From a virus (Duplodnaviria; Caudoviricetes): DNA of 64,000 nucleotides. Where the stretch lies: the IMG/VR virus record IMGVR_UViG_3300022660_000043. One strand, given 5' to 3'. The notes under the pieces were generated by a model. It worked only from the letters and a program-made list of their open reading frames with translations, ran no database searches and was not told the origin of the DNA. Both the position numbers and the translations under genes were made by a program. This document shows positions 49,768 through 61,332 of this stretch, piece by piece (the stretch's first letter is position 1; each line of letters starts with the position of its first letter).

Positions 49768-50181
49768 TTACCTCACAAATTCTAAATTTTCAGAATACCA
49801 CATGTCCCAATTATCTGGCGCCTTGCACTCAAATAAATCTACTGGCATAAGATCCCAGCATCTATGTTGGTCTGATTCAAACCAGATGATCTTACAAATT
49901 CGACCATACTTGGTTTTTACGCAATCTCCCTCATAAAGCTCACGACCGTTCTTATCTTTTGCGCCCACAGAACGTTTTGCAGTCTTAATAAGCTTTTCTC
50001 CACAGTAAGGACAGAACCCTATAGTGCAGTCAAGCCTATTTCTATACATAGTATTCCAATAGCTTATCACTAATTTAACTTCTTCACCATCTTTCATAAG
50101 CTCGATTTCTGTACCATTATAGTCTGCAGCCAATCTACTATGAACATGATCTTCTGTTAATCTTCTACATACGTCGCACAT
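49768..50181 (-). CDS. Zinc ribbon + YopX-like protein
   Basis: FCPYCG; KDKNGRELYEGDCV. Confidence 0.7.
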   Translation of the reverse strand: MCDVCRRLTEDHVHSRLAADYNGTEIELMKDGEEVKLVISYWNTMYRNRLDCTIGFCPYCGEKLIKTAKRSVGAKDKNGRELYEGDCVKTKYGRICKIIWFESDQHRCWDLMPVDLFECKAPDNWDMWYSENLEFVR

Positions 50182-50704
50182 TCGTCAAATCTCCTGTAAT
50201 CCTTCTGTTTTCTTTCCGGAAAAGATCCTCCATGGCCGTTGTCTTTATTAAAGATCTCTTCAAACCTTTCAAATTCCTTAAGAGTAAAACCAACTCTATA
50301 GTCAGTCTGGATAAAATGACCTATCTGCTCAGGAAGCATATCACAATCATCATCGATAATAACATAGTAATTAATCTCAGGATGCTCTTCAAGATAAGTC
50401 TTTATCTCAAAACCCCTGCACTGCTCCCTAATTTCTTTAGTACGTCCTAAAATCTCAATTCCAGATCTCAGACCACCATTAATAAGACACTCTTTGTAAT
50501 TCTCATCCCAGCGCCAAGTAGAAGTTACTACAATATCATAATGAAACTTCTTGCACGCTTCAGAAAGCCATTGTACAGCCTGAAAATTATTTACTTTATT
50601 ATCCTTAGGAAAATTATAAGAGCACCTTGTACCCTTCTCATTCCACATCGGAGTATTTACGACCCCATCTAATCATAGTCAAGAAAAACAACTCTTGACT
50701 TCAT
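50157..50704 (-). pseudogene. HAD-family phosphatase (Swiss-army-knife RNA-repair HAD-like) split by a 5-nt insertion in the DxD motif
   Basis: MKSRVVFLDYD* then DGVVNTPMW... in another frame; downstream VTSTWR, RG.EI, YVIIDDD motifs. Confidence 0.75.
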
Positions 50705-50714
50705 TTAAACCACC

Positions 50715-51569
50715 TCAATTCTTTTGTTTATATATAAAATATCGATCTAACTTTGCATACTTGTGAGAATCTCTAGTACAAGCAGTACGGATATAGCCTG
50801 AATCTAAAGACAATAGTTTTGCAGCAGCTGAAGCAGATTCATATTCTGCTATTACCTTACCATTAGAGTCTATTTCTAAAACAGGCTGTTTATATTTTCG
50901 TACTTTATGCTCTATTGGAGATAGCTTATCTAACCTTAAATAGCTCCATTGAGTCTCGGCAGCAAGTTGTCCTGGCACAGTAAGTGCAAAAAATAAGCTC
51001 TTAGTTGAAATATTCAAAGATTCTGCTGCTGTAGCCACTGAGTCATAAGTCATCAAATAAGTGCCATCTGGCGCGTACTGATAAATAGTCTTTAATCTTA
51101 AACTATGCTGATATCTATTCCCGCGGCGCCGGCTTTCTGTCTCATTATAATCTGGTAGTACCTTTAAAACACCTCGGATGCTGTATCTAGTAGCCCCAGT
51201 AATTGTACTAATTTCTGCAATACTTTTACCATCCCGCCAAAGCTGATAAATTAAATCATAATCTAATAATATAGCACCCTCTCCACCACGAGTAGCATTG
51301 TATCCCTTCCCAAGTGGAGCAAAGCTTTCATATCTAGAAATATATAGTTGTTCAGCATCTGCAACCTTATCTGCATCTACTTCTTCGACTAACTCTATTT
51401 TAAAATTTTCGATTCCATATTTACGCATTGCACTGTACAAAGGCCTTTTAAGCTTTAATGTAAAAGCAGCAATTTGATGTTGTCGAAATCTACGATCTAA
51501 AGTAGTAGAAGTCTGCCCTATATAAATCTTATTGTTTTGTAAATTAGTAATTTTATAGATAAATGCCAT
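50715..51569 (-). CDS. GIY-YIG homing endonuclease with NUMOD1-like repeats
   Basis: FIYKITN..IYIGQT, GYN; similar to 23158-23799. Confidence 0.9.
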   Translation of the reverse strand: MAFIYKITNLQNNKIYIGQTSTTLDRRFRQHQIAAFTLKLKRPLYSAMRKYGIENFKIELVEEVDADKVADAEQLYISRYESFAPLGKGYNATRGGEGAILLDYDLIYQLWRDGKSIAEISTITGATRYSIRGVLKVLPDYNETESRRRGNRYQHSLRLKTIYQYAPDGTYLMTYDSVATAAESLNISTKSLFFALTVPGQLAAETQWSYLRLDKLSPIEHKVRKYKQPVLEIDSNGKVIAEYESASAAAKLLSLDSGYIRTACTRDSHKYAKLDRYFIYKQKN

Positions 51570-51616
51570 ATTAAACTCCTTAATAATTTATTTCATTTAA
51601 TTTAGCATTTACTTTT

Positions 51617-53082
51617 CTAGATTTTAACGTTGAGTTCCAGAAAGAGGGAGCTCGTCCTCATCTCTCTTTTTATATTTATAATTATGACATGGAGCGGTAT
51701 CTCCATAGCACAAAAATCCAGCCCAACTAACTTCATCTTCAGGCGGATTAGAACAGCAGAGATTCCAATCTCCCATACCCAAGAAGAATTCACAATTTCC
51801 ACACTTAGCGCGCATCTTTAAGCTCCTCGTCTTCTCTATAAGAATGACAATAATTAAAACTAAAGTTAAGACTTGTATCATTTATATAGGTTTGAATAAT
51901 GTCATAAAGCTCATCCATACAAGTACAAGGAAGCGCTTTCTCAGTATCCTCTCCTTGATCTACTATTACAAGCTTGGACTTACAATGTTCAGACTCGTTC
52001 CCGCAATCCTCCATATAAATAAAATGATACAAAAGCTCTTCTATCGTTTCAAGCTTAGAATCTACTATCGAATGATGGCCTTTCTCTTTTTCAAAAGTAT
52101 AATTCTCAAAAAATCCTTCAGCAATAGCAGTAATAATTTTACATGGGGCATTTACCATCCAATTATCGTCAATATGACAATTCACAGCTGCCTCAAATTT
52201 CTCAATGCCGGCCTCTATCATAGCAATTGTTTCAATAAGCTCTTTAAAAGTATGTCTCTCAATCATAATTATATCTCCATCTAGCTTTATCAGCTAATTT
52301 CTTTTCGAAATCTAACGGAATTGTAATACCTGCAAAAACTGTACTACATCTAGGACAGACTAATGGGCTTACCCGAGGCTTTCGATAACTCAACTTACCG
52401 TCAGAACAATCTAATGCAACTATCTCCACATCATCTAGTTCAAATACATACTTGCATTCAGAACAGACTGGTTTCATTTCAATATATCCAGTAGGACCAG
52501 GCTGTTTAAAATCCATTTTTGTCCTCCTGAACCCATGAAGCATAATAACTTTCCTGAAATTCAAGATCACGCTTAATTTCCGCTTCTACATCAGCAGCGA
52601 ACTCTTCTTCAGTCTTACCATGTAAATCAAGCTGTTTACGAACAAATCTCTGATATCTCTCATTAATATCCTGAGGCCACCTGCCAGCACAAGAAATGTA
52701 GAGAACCATATCTCTATAACTTTCTTTTCCAGCTTCAATACAATCTATACATACTGCGTTACTATGTGCACCAAAAGCAGAAGCTACTACAAAACCAACA
52801 GCTTCTTTCTTTCCACACACATCACAAGTATCAATAGGCCAAGGCTTACGCTTCATCTTCTTCCTCCCTATTTTCTCTACAATACTTTCCAATAGTCTTC
52901 AAAATAGGTTCTTTGCCGTCTGGTACAATAAGGTAATAAGGGTAAAGACTATAGTCGTGTCCAGCACCCCATCCGACAAACTCACATTCTACCAAAGCTT
53001 GCTCCTCTGTCATGTGTTCATCATCAAAAAACATATGATACTTCAAACCGGTATTCATTGTAAAATCAATCTGCTTTAACAT
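51617..53082 (-). other. Small hypothetical genes (about 51617-51814, 51805-52266, 52259-52517, 52506-52856, 52846-53082)
   Basis: Tiled ORFs, several CxxC. Confidence 0.65.
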
Positions 53083-53468
53083 ACAAAGCCTCCAAACACA
53101 AATACAATAAAGGTACTAGCGATCTGAAGCATATGACAAGCCTGATCTACCCAAAGGTTAATTACTTTTACGTTTGCCTTCAGATGATCGACTGCTGCGT
53201 GAAAAATGGTATTAAAGACCAAGAAGTAAAGATATCCGAAGCCAACGTTAAAATCAAGAGCAAAAGCACAGGGCAACATAATCATGCAAGACCAAGACAA
53301 AGCATGCATAATCAAAGCTACTATGTAATCATACTTATAAATCTTATCAGGTGCAGTCTTCTTCCAAAAATCACGCTGCTTTAGATTACATAGGCAAGGT
53401 GCCTGCAAAACATAGTCGTCAAGAACGTGCATAAACAACATAGCGATCAAAACAAAAATATTACTCAT
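53076..53468 (-). CDS. DUF3307-like membrane protein
   Basis: H..DYVLQ, H..H..D..K, DQ..H. Confidence 0.8.
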   Translation of the reverse strand: MSNIFVLIAMLFMHVLDDYVLQAPCLCNLKQRDFWKKTAPDKIYKYDYIVALIMHALSWSCMIMLPCAFALDFNVGFGYLYFLVFNTIFHAAVDHLKANVKVINLWVDQACHMLQIASTFIVFVFGGFVC

Positions 53469-56161
53469 TTATATTTACTCCTAGTTCTTTAAATAATCTA
53501 ATACCGTCTTTACATAGCTCATCCCAAGACTTTCCCTGCAATGGGGGGATAACACAGTTATTTGAAGTTTCTCTTGCCGTAAGCTCTTCTACAATATCCC
53601 AAAGACATTCAAGCTTATAAGTATATTCGTGTTCCATAAGTTCCTCCAAAATATAAAGTGGCTACATATTATTATACAATATGTAACCACTCAGAATTAT
53701 ATCGATATTTAATTTTCTATTATTCAACTACGTAGAATTCCACAAGATATGAGATACCGCCGCCAGAAAGATAAGTTTTATATTTATCTTTCACACGATA
53801 AATAAAAGGTTCCTTAATAAATCCTGTTTCAGAATAAGGTTCCTCTACATCCCTAAGTAAAGCGACATATCCGGTATCTTCCCAAACTCTTCCATATACA
53901 GGCGAATCATTAAGATGAAATCTATTCTCTGCTTTAGGAATCAAAACCATCTTACCTTCTAGCTCAATACCCTGCTCTTTGGCTCTTTTTAGAATCTGTA
54001 AATATTCTGACATCATTTCTCTCCATATTTTACATCTTGAGGCAAAATCGTAATTTCTGCACCCTCTACGAGCTCGTCTCCAGCAATAGCATGACTCTGC
54101 ATAGACATACCATAAATATCGCCTCTAATAAAATTAATAAACGCGCACCTAGTATCATTAGGAAAATGTAAAATAAGCTTCATTATTTCTTACCTCCTTG
54201 TGCCGCTAAAGCAGCAAGATCTTTTTCTAAAGCATTAATGCAATTAAAAGCAGCACTCATAAGCTTATAAGTGCATTCTTCATGAGGCCCCTTTTCAGGC
54301 CCCATATACAAAGGGCAACCAGAACAATTTCTATAAACTGTACAGCAAATTAAACCTTGCTTAAGATCTCCAAATGAAAGTTCTACCATCAGTCTACCTC
54401 CGGAATAATATTGTCTTTAGGAAGATCTACATACATAACAATAGCTCTTCTCATATATTTAATAGCAATTTCTTTTAAATACTCTTCCAACCGAGCCTCA
54501 GCCAAACAATTAGCCGCAAACTGCTCCTCGGTATATTCCCCTCGTTCTACCGCAACAGCACAACAACGCGGCTCATAATTAAATTTCTCACAAAGTTCAT
54601 CAGAGTGCCGATCATAATAAACTTCAGTAAACTCTTCAAAGTCTGTATAATATCGCTCACCGATAAGACCTACTAACTCTACAGAAGCCGATCCACAATG
54701 ACCAAGCCAGTAGCCACAATCGTCTCCACATACCTCACCATGTACTAAGGTAATAATAGGCAAATCTGGATTTTGAGCAACAAGCTCTACAAAATCTTTA
54801 TTATTCATCTCCAGCCCTCCAATTATTTGCGATGCACTTTGCCGCCACATCATTTAGTAGCCTGTCATGGGTAGTCTTAATATTTCTTGACATATAACTT
54901 ACATTATGCCACTTACAATCCATTTCATCATAAGTAAGAAGATCTCCCATCTGATAAGTCTTTTCAATCCTATCACACTCAGATCCCATGTTGCCATAAA
55001 GCTTCGCAAACTCCCAAGCCTCTTTCCACTCTGCAGAACATGGGTGCACATTCACGACAATATAACCACATTCAGTTCTAAGTCTATTGAGCAGCCAGTC
55101 AAGGTATGCAGTATCATTAGCAAAAGTATACTCAACTAAATCAAGATTTATATACTTTGAATAATGATTCCAAAACATTACATCACCCTTATACAAGAAA
55201 GTCTTATACTTGTGGCAAAGATCTTCATAAATCTTACAAGCATCTTTATTCTGCTCAAACGGTGTACCATCATCTGCAAAATAACTTACAATCGTCTCTT
55301 CTCTCATTTCTCGTTCTCCATAATAAGTTCATATTCATGAATAGTGTCTGCCATTTCGTCTATCCAATCCCAAGGATTAGATTCATGATGTCTGCAACAA
55401 TGAGACCAAATAAAAGCAGCTTCTGCACGGCTGAAATAATGTCCATAAATAGCTTCATTCATAATATACTTATAAATAGCTTCATTAAGATTTGCATGAC
55501 TCTGTGCACACATATCTCTAGCCTGTCTCTGAAGCTCGATCTGCTTTTCATTCTGACGAGCTACCTCTTCTCTATTCCACTTCACGCTCTTATTTTCGTC
55601 AAATACATGATCGTCACGATACCGTTTTACAGGCACATAAAAATCATGATCTACTCTACAAATTGCTGCCCGAATGTCCTCTCCGCAGTGAATATCAAAA
55701 TTAGTAATAACTTCCATAATTTACCTCCAAATCAAATTTGCTCTATGAGAATAACAGCCTCTCAATAATTTTAATAAGTCTTCCCAATCATTTTTGCTAT
55801 AAGCTTGATAACGTAAGCTAATTTGAGCGAAATCCTCAATTTTGTTTACAATTAAAGACGTTAACAAATCTGCAAGCTTTTTACAAGTTTTATAATTTAC
55901 CTTGCCTTCACAATCAGACATAAACATAAACTCTGCTATATCTGCATCATTTGAAAATCTCGACTGCTCTAGAATTTCTGTAGTACGTCTATCGAAAGCT
56001 TCGAGCTCATTGAAACGAAAAGCATCCATCAATGTAGCATAATGCTCTCCAAATTCCGCATCCCAAGCTTTTGCTATTCTACTACGTATCTTAAACAACA
56101 TAAAGCTACTACCATCCAACGATGGGGCACCTTTATAATTAGCCGTAAGACTGATTCCCAT
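53461..56161 (-). other. Hypothetical genes (53461-53649, 53720-54016, about 54013-54184, 54183-54389, 54389-54808, 54801-55307, 55304-55717, 55721-56161)
   Basis: Tiled ORFs with SDs. Confidence 0.7.
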
Positions 56162-56243
56162 AGTTCCCCTCCATAAAATAATCTCATAATATTATACAAT
56201 AGTACAAAAGCTAAATTAGCCTAAAAAAAGAAAAAAGGCTGAA

Positions 56244-56573
56244 TTACTCAGCCTCAAAATGACGAATTGCAGTGTAAATATCTTTATCAGATTCACACCA
56301 GAGCTCATCAAACTCTCTTGCTGCTACCAAACCAAGAAAAGACTTAGCATTAATGCAACAGCGACCGCCATCTACTGTAATGCCTTTCTGAGTATCTCTT
56401 CTATTCCATTTCTTTATACAATCTTTGGAATCAAGGCCTCTAGGAAATTCTACCTCAACTTTGCACTTCTTGCAAATAAACCGGCATTTAATAGCTTCAC
56501 TATATTTCCAAAGCTCTACCTCACCTTTACAAAAAGGACAAGGCTTAAGCTTTACATCAGCAACTTGTACCAT
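56244..56573 (-). CDS. Lar-like restriction-alleviation zinc finger, with HPr-like C-terminal segment
   Basis: LKPCPFCKG...C..C...WNRR; INAKSFLGL resembles the HPr Ser46 motif. Confidence 0.65.
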   Translation of the reverse strand: MVQVADVKLKPCPFCKGEVELWKYSEAIKCRFICKKCKVEVEFPRGLDSKDCIKKWNRRDTQKGITVDGGRCCINAKSFLGLVAAREFDELWCESDKDIYTAIRHFEAE

Positions 56574-57570
56574 GTGTGCCTCTTTCTACTTTTGATCCAC
56601 AATAAGGGCAAAAATTTCCAAGCTCCACTAACTTATGACATTCTGAACAATACTCCCTAAAACCAACCTTCTGACCACCATGGCAGGTTTTGCGAGACCC
56701 TACATCCTCGGCAGGTAAACTACGAATATAGGAAGTAAAGGCACTTAAAAGCTCTTCTTGATGCGGATATTTAATTCTATAATCAAGCAAGTCTGCTAAT
56801 ACTCTACTACGTTTAATGTACATTATCAGACTCCTCTCTTGCTATTTGCGCTTCTGCAAGATAAATTAAAGGAGCAATCCAATCTGCTCTCTCTGACCAG
56901 ATTTTTCTAATACCTGCATTACTTCCACATTCACCTAAATAAATTGCAAGATGAAATTCTGCTTTTGCCTTCTCCAATGCAGTCTTTACATGCTCCATAT
57001 ATAAACTATTTTGCGGAATAGGTTTCTTCATTATTGGTAATCCTTTGCATAAATAAAATTATCTAATTTCTTTCCGTCCACATGATCTGGGCACTTTACT
57101 GTTTCGAGTCCATCAGATAGCTTTTCATACTTTTCTGCCTTTTCTGCTTGCTTTGCAGCCCACTGTTCTTGAGACTCAAAAATCGTAACCCCAAGGTCAT
57201 CAAGTGTAAAAAAGCCATTAAAAGTACACGAACCAGAACCAGTGGTTCCAGCAACAAAATGAAAAGGCTTATCAATCTTACAAGGCAGAAGCCCCCACAT
57301 AGGATCCTCTACAAAAACAATAGATCCTACAGGCGGATAAGGTATCTGCTTCCTTAGCTCTTCAAGTGTCTTAACAAGCTGCTCATTTTCCTCAACGATA
57401 CGTCTATTCTCTGCAGACAGACTACTTAACTTATCCTGCAAAACTTTAATAGTACGTTCAGGACTCTTTTGCAAGAGTGCACACTGCCCATCTTCACAGA
57501 TAGATAACATAGACTCCACAGTGCACAACCCTTTATCATTATTAACACAATCAGCTGCTGCACACTGCAT
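56557..57570 (-). other. Three hypothetical genes (56557-56823 zinc ribbon, 56813-57031, 57031-57570)
   Basis: Tiled ORFs. Confidence 0.65.
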
Positions 57571-57572
57571 AA

Positions 57573-57875
57573 TTAAACCACCTCAGATAGCTTCTTGAAA
57601 TTCTTCTGCAAAATCTTAGCAAATGCTCTGATAGCTACTGCATCAGTCTCATCAAGATCTCTCAAAGCGTCGGGGTCAGAAACTTGATTGACAAGAGTTT
57701 CAACAGTCTGAGCAATTTCAGGAAGAGTACTATACTTTTTAAAACAAATTACATCGCCTTCGACATAAAGCTCCATTGGATCGCCTTCTTTAAGTCCAAG
57801 AGTGTGACGAATCTCCTTAGGAACTACAATACGCCCAAGATCATCAATTCTACGAACAATACCAGTTGCTTTCAT
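57573..57875 (-). CDS. AbrB/SpoVT-family DNA-binding protein
   Basis: MKATGIVRRIDDLGRIVVPKEIR. Confidence 0.93.
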   Translation of the reverse strand: MKATGIVRRIDDLGRIVVPKEIRHTLGLKEGDPMELYVEGDVICFKKYSTLPEIAQTVETLVNQVSDPDALRDLDETDAVAIRAFAKILQKNFKKLSEVV

Positions 57876-57878
57876 TTT

Positions 57879-58262
57879 TTATACCTCCACAATACAAGAG
57901 CCTTCATGATGCAGATAAGCAATAGTACCAGGAATAGGCTCATAAAAATCTACATGCTCAACATGCATCTTATCAGAAGTCTTCTTTACAATAAGTCCTT
58001 GATTTATAAGGCTAAGAAAGTCATCTTGATAATAATGCTCATAAGCACAGTTGTTCAAAGCTCTAAGAGTAATCTTATAATTATCATCTACCTTGTATCT
58101 AGATTCGTCCACTCTGCACTCAAACCACTCCCAAGGTGTGTCTGAGCTAGTAAATGAAATCAAACCCATAAAAGTCTCGATAGGCTGCATCAAACAAAAA
58201 TAAGTCGCATCCTTATCAATATTACGATAATTCTTCTCCATCATAGTTAAAATCCTCCTCAA
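57879..58262 (-). CDS. Hypothetical protein
   Basis: Coupled ORF. Confidence 0.65.
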   Translation of the reverse strand: MRRILTMMEKNYRNIDKDATYFCLMQPIETFMGLISFTSSDTPWEWFECRVDESRYKVDDNYKITLRALNNCAYEHYYQDDFLSLINQGLIVKKTSDKMHVEHVDFYEPIPGTIAYLHHEGSCIVEV

Positions 58263-58492
58263 AAAATACCATCAGTCTCTTCAAGACGAACTTCTTTTAC
58301 CAAGCCAAACGGCAAAGCAAGTAGCTTCTGCTTGTAGCGGTCAATACGTTCACCCATGCGACCAATAAGCACACCAGGACGATCAGAGTAAATTGTAAGC
58401 ACACCACTTCTTACTCGATAAAGCATAATGTGAGTAAGACCAGACTCTTTCTTCCATTCATTAAGAACTTCCTGAATCATAAAGTTTTTCAT
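58259..58492 (-). CDS. Stand-alone type II KH domain resembling ribosomal protein S3 N-domain
   Basis: LTIYSDRPGVLIGRMGERI. Confidence 0.75.
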   Translation of the reverse strand: MKNFMIQEVLNEWKKESGLTHIMLYRVRSGVLTIYSDRPGVLIGRMGERIDRYKQKLLALPFGLVKEVRLEETDGIF

Positions 58493-58556
58493 AAAAACAC
58501 CTCCAAAGTTTTATTGTACATAATATAATACAATACCTCTGGAGGTGAATTAATAG

Positions 58557-58790
58557 TTATTCTAAAATTTTATTCCAAGCTTTTTCTGCCAGCATTCTAA
58601 ATTCTACGCTATGTTCTACCTTATGTCGAGTCAACGAGCTGTCTGGACGAATTAGCACTCTTGGTCCATAACAATGACAATTATTACAATACATTGCAAC
58701 ATACCAGGCACGTTTAAAACTAAGAGATGTAGTTTTTACTGAATATTTAATATCAGTGCAACCACAAAAAGGGCAAGAATCTAAAATCAT
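58557..58790 (-). CDS. Lar-like zinc-finger protein
   Basis: CPFCG...CNNC...AWN. Confidence 0.7.
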   Translation of the reverse strand: MILDSCPFCGCTDIKYSVKTTSLSFKRAWYVAMYCNNCHCYGPRVLIRPDSSLTRHKVEHSVEFRMLAEKAWNKILE

Positions 58791-59484
58791 TTCTTCACCT
58801 CTGGAAATGGAAGCATTTCAGTATTACATGATGGACACATTCTTCCTGCCTCCTCTGTAGGCATTACTTGACCACACTCGCTACACTCAACCCACAGAGA
58901 ATTTATATCTCCCTCTGGAAATTCCCAAACACCCCAAATTTTCTTTTCCATATTAAAACTCCTTTAAAGTACAGCCATGCTCATTAAAACAGTCACAATT
59001 TAAACAACGACCATCACAATCAATGCCTAAATATAGATCACATTTAGAACAATATTTCTCAATAGCCTCTTTTGCGGGAATACCTCCCGGCTCATCAAAA
59101 GCAAGCCAAATAGGACATTCACCACAATAATTACTTGGGTACTCTCGTGACATAGGGTACCTCCTTATAGAGCTTTGCCCCACAATAAGGACAATACTCA
59201 AAACCACAGTCATAAATAAAGGACAATGACCCAAGTTGCTTATCGCAATTTCCACATTTACCTAGATCATCAAACTGTCCACAAATCACTAAGCATGCAC
59301 TTATTTTAGGTTCACCAAGCTCATAGGTATCCAATAGCTCTAATTGTACACAAGCATGATTAATAGCCTCTCTATACACGTCTGCTTTCTCTGGTTCATC
59401 CATCAAAAGCTCAAAAGTATCAGCCATGCTATTACCATGATCTCTAATTACCTTAATTGCTTTTTGTTGCTCTACTACAAACAT
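58787..59484 (-). other. Three small Cys-rich genes (about 58787-58951, 58953-59153, 59131-59484)
   Basis: CxxC-rich tiled ORFs. Confidence 0.6.
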
Positions 59485-59612
59485 TGTATATCCTCCCATA
59501 AAATTGCTACATTTTATTATACGGTGTCTATGCAAAATATTTTATTATTTTTATAAAAAGAAGGCATATATTTCAATGCCTCCTTAAAGCCCAAATTTAG
59601 CTTTTATTAGTT

Positions 59613-60257
59613 TTACTTCTTGCACTTGCAATTTTTATTACCATTGCCTATTAAAGCGTCAGGATGAGAATTTTTGCCTTCTGTATTACAGTTTGAGTCA
59701 CACCTATTCAAAGCAGAACAGCCAGACGCATTATGAACCTCCTGAAGCTTCTCATTAACATAATCTCTATCTGCCTGATCTGCAACAGTAATAGCATCCA
59801 AATGAATAGTCGCAGTCGTTCCAGCGCTACACGAAGATGAAGTGGAAGAAATAGTTCTGTCAGCTAAATGAGCTTCAGGATAAGAGCCAGACTGTAAAAT
59901 CGAGCCACCAGAAGTATTACAGCTAAACTTATTCTTGGGACACCAAGTACAAGGAGTATCACCTACATAGGTACCATTCTTAAGAAGGTTCTTCATCCAA
60001 TCACACTCCGCACAAGGATCCTTAGCCTGATCTGTGCAAGGAATTGGCTCACCTGCTTTAGGCCAGTTAAGATAATCAATACCATAGCCTCCACCATTCT
60101 GAGACTTGTGATAATAATCCTTACCACAAGTAGGGCAAGCCACTTTATTGAGTGAACAACTCAAATTAAGATCACTAAGTTCATACGTAAATTCACAACC
60201 GCACATATCACAGGTAGCATAAAATTCTTTCTGTCCAGGTTTAATTACTTTTACCAT
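59613..60257 (-). CDS. Cys-rich zinc-ribbon protein
   Basis: 214 aa, multiple CxxC. Confidence 0.7.
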   Translation of the reverse strand: MVKVIKPGQKEFYATCDMCGCEFTYELSDLNLSCSLNKVACPTCGKDYYHKSQNGGGYGIDYLNWPKAGEPIPCTDQAKDPCAECDWMKNLLKNGTYVGDTPCTWCPKNKFSCNTSGGSILQSGSYPEAHLADRTISSTSSSCSAGTTATIHLDAITVADQADRDYVNEKLQEVHNASGCSALNRCDSNCNTEGKNSHPDALIGNGNKNCKCKK

Positions 60258-60468
60258 CTTTATTCTCCTTATTTATTGGAAATTCTTTTTTAAATTCATA
60301 GGTAGGCACCAAATCTACAGCAAATAGTAAAAACAAAAGCCATAGACAATGTAAGCTACCTGAAAAAACAACCATAAAATATACAAAAGCTAAAATTGCA
60401 GCTAGAGCAAGAAATCTGCAAATAATTGAAGCTATAATACAAACAGTCCAATTCTTATTCATCTTCAC
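60241..60468 (-). CDS. Small membrane protein
   Basis: Two TM segments. Confidence 0.65.
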   Translation of the reverse strand: MKMNKNWTVCIIASIICRFLALAAILAFVYFMVVFSGSLHCLWLLFLLFAVDLVPTYEFKKEFPINKENKDGKSN

Positions 60469-61051
60469 ACTCCCGATTTAGCTTAAAATTCCTCCAGCAG
60501 CGATAGCACATTGCTTTGTACTTTTCGTCTCCACCAATATCAATCTGATTACCTGAGAGAACTAGTTTACCGTTATTAAACTTCGCAGTCAAAACTGCCT
60601 TTTTTCCACACTCACAAAAAGTCTCAAGTTCTATAAGCCTATCCGCGATCTCAAATAGCCTTTGAGAACCGATAAATGCTCTTGTCCTAAAATCTGTTCT
60701 AAGACCATAGCAAAGAACTGGAATATCAAAGTCTTTTGCAATCTCATTTAGCTCATCTACCTGCCATGACTGTAAGAACTGTGCTTCATCACAAATAATA
60801 ATATTTGTATATAGTGGAGGAGCAATATGATCATTTCTATAGATAGGCTGAGCTTCTGCCTCAATACCGACTCTAGATCGAAGCATAGGAATACGACTAC
60901 CATCTTGCATAACCTTATCATCACGAGTATCTACTGCTGGCTTAATAAGCCACACATTCTGTCGCATACTTAAGGCGTTGTGTCTAGCCATAAGGGCATT
61001 AGCAGTCTTTGAACACCCCATAGGACCATAATAGAAAGTAAGATCTGCCAT
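60455..61051 (-). CDS. tdk: Thymidine kinase
   Basis: GPMGCSKT, DEAQF, YGLRTDF, CEC...C..C zinc site. Confidence 0.95.
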   Translation of the reverse strand: MADLTFYYGPMGCSKTANALMARHNALSMRQNVWLIKPAVDTRDDKVMQDGSRIPMLRSRVGIEAEAQPIYRNDHIAPPLYTNIIICDEAQFLQSWQVDELNEIAKDFDIPVLCYGLRTDFRTRAFIGSQRLFEIADRLIELETFCECGKKAVLTAKFNNGKLVLSGNQIDIGGDEKYKAMCYRCWRNFKLNRECEDE

Positions 61052-61290
61052 TACAGCTGCCCTGCCTCTTTACTATTTTTAATTACTTTCTCTGTAAACC
61101 CTGGCCTGACAGTGCCGTCAGCCTCCAGCTCTCTCATAAATTCAATAGCTTTTCCATACATAGCCTTCTTAAACTCTTCATAAGTATCACAAACTGCCAC
61201 TACCTGAATTACTTCAAATAAAGCCTGCTTTTTAATAAACTCTGTCTGCGCCTTCATAGCTGCGAGCATATCCTCATTATATCCAGCCAT
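61051..61290 (-). CDS. Hypothetical protein
   Basis: 79 aa, AAGGAGG SD. Confidence 0.7.
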   Translation of the reverse strand: MAGYNEDMLAAMKAQTEFIKKQALFEVIQVVAVCDTYEEFKKAMYGKAIEFMRELEADGTVRPGFTEKVIKNSKEAGQL

Positions 61291-61332
61291 TATAAGCCTC
61301 CTTTTATCTTATTCTTTATATTATACAATATA

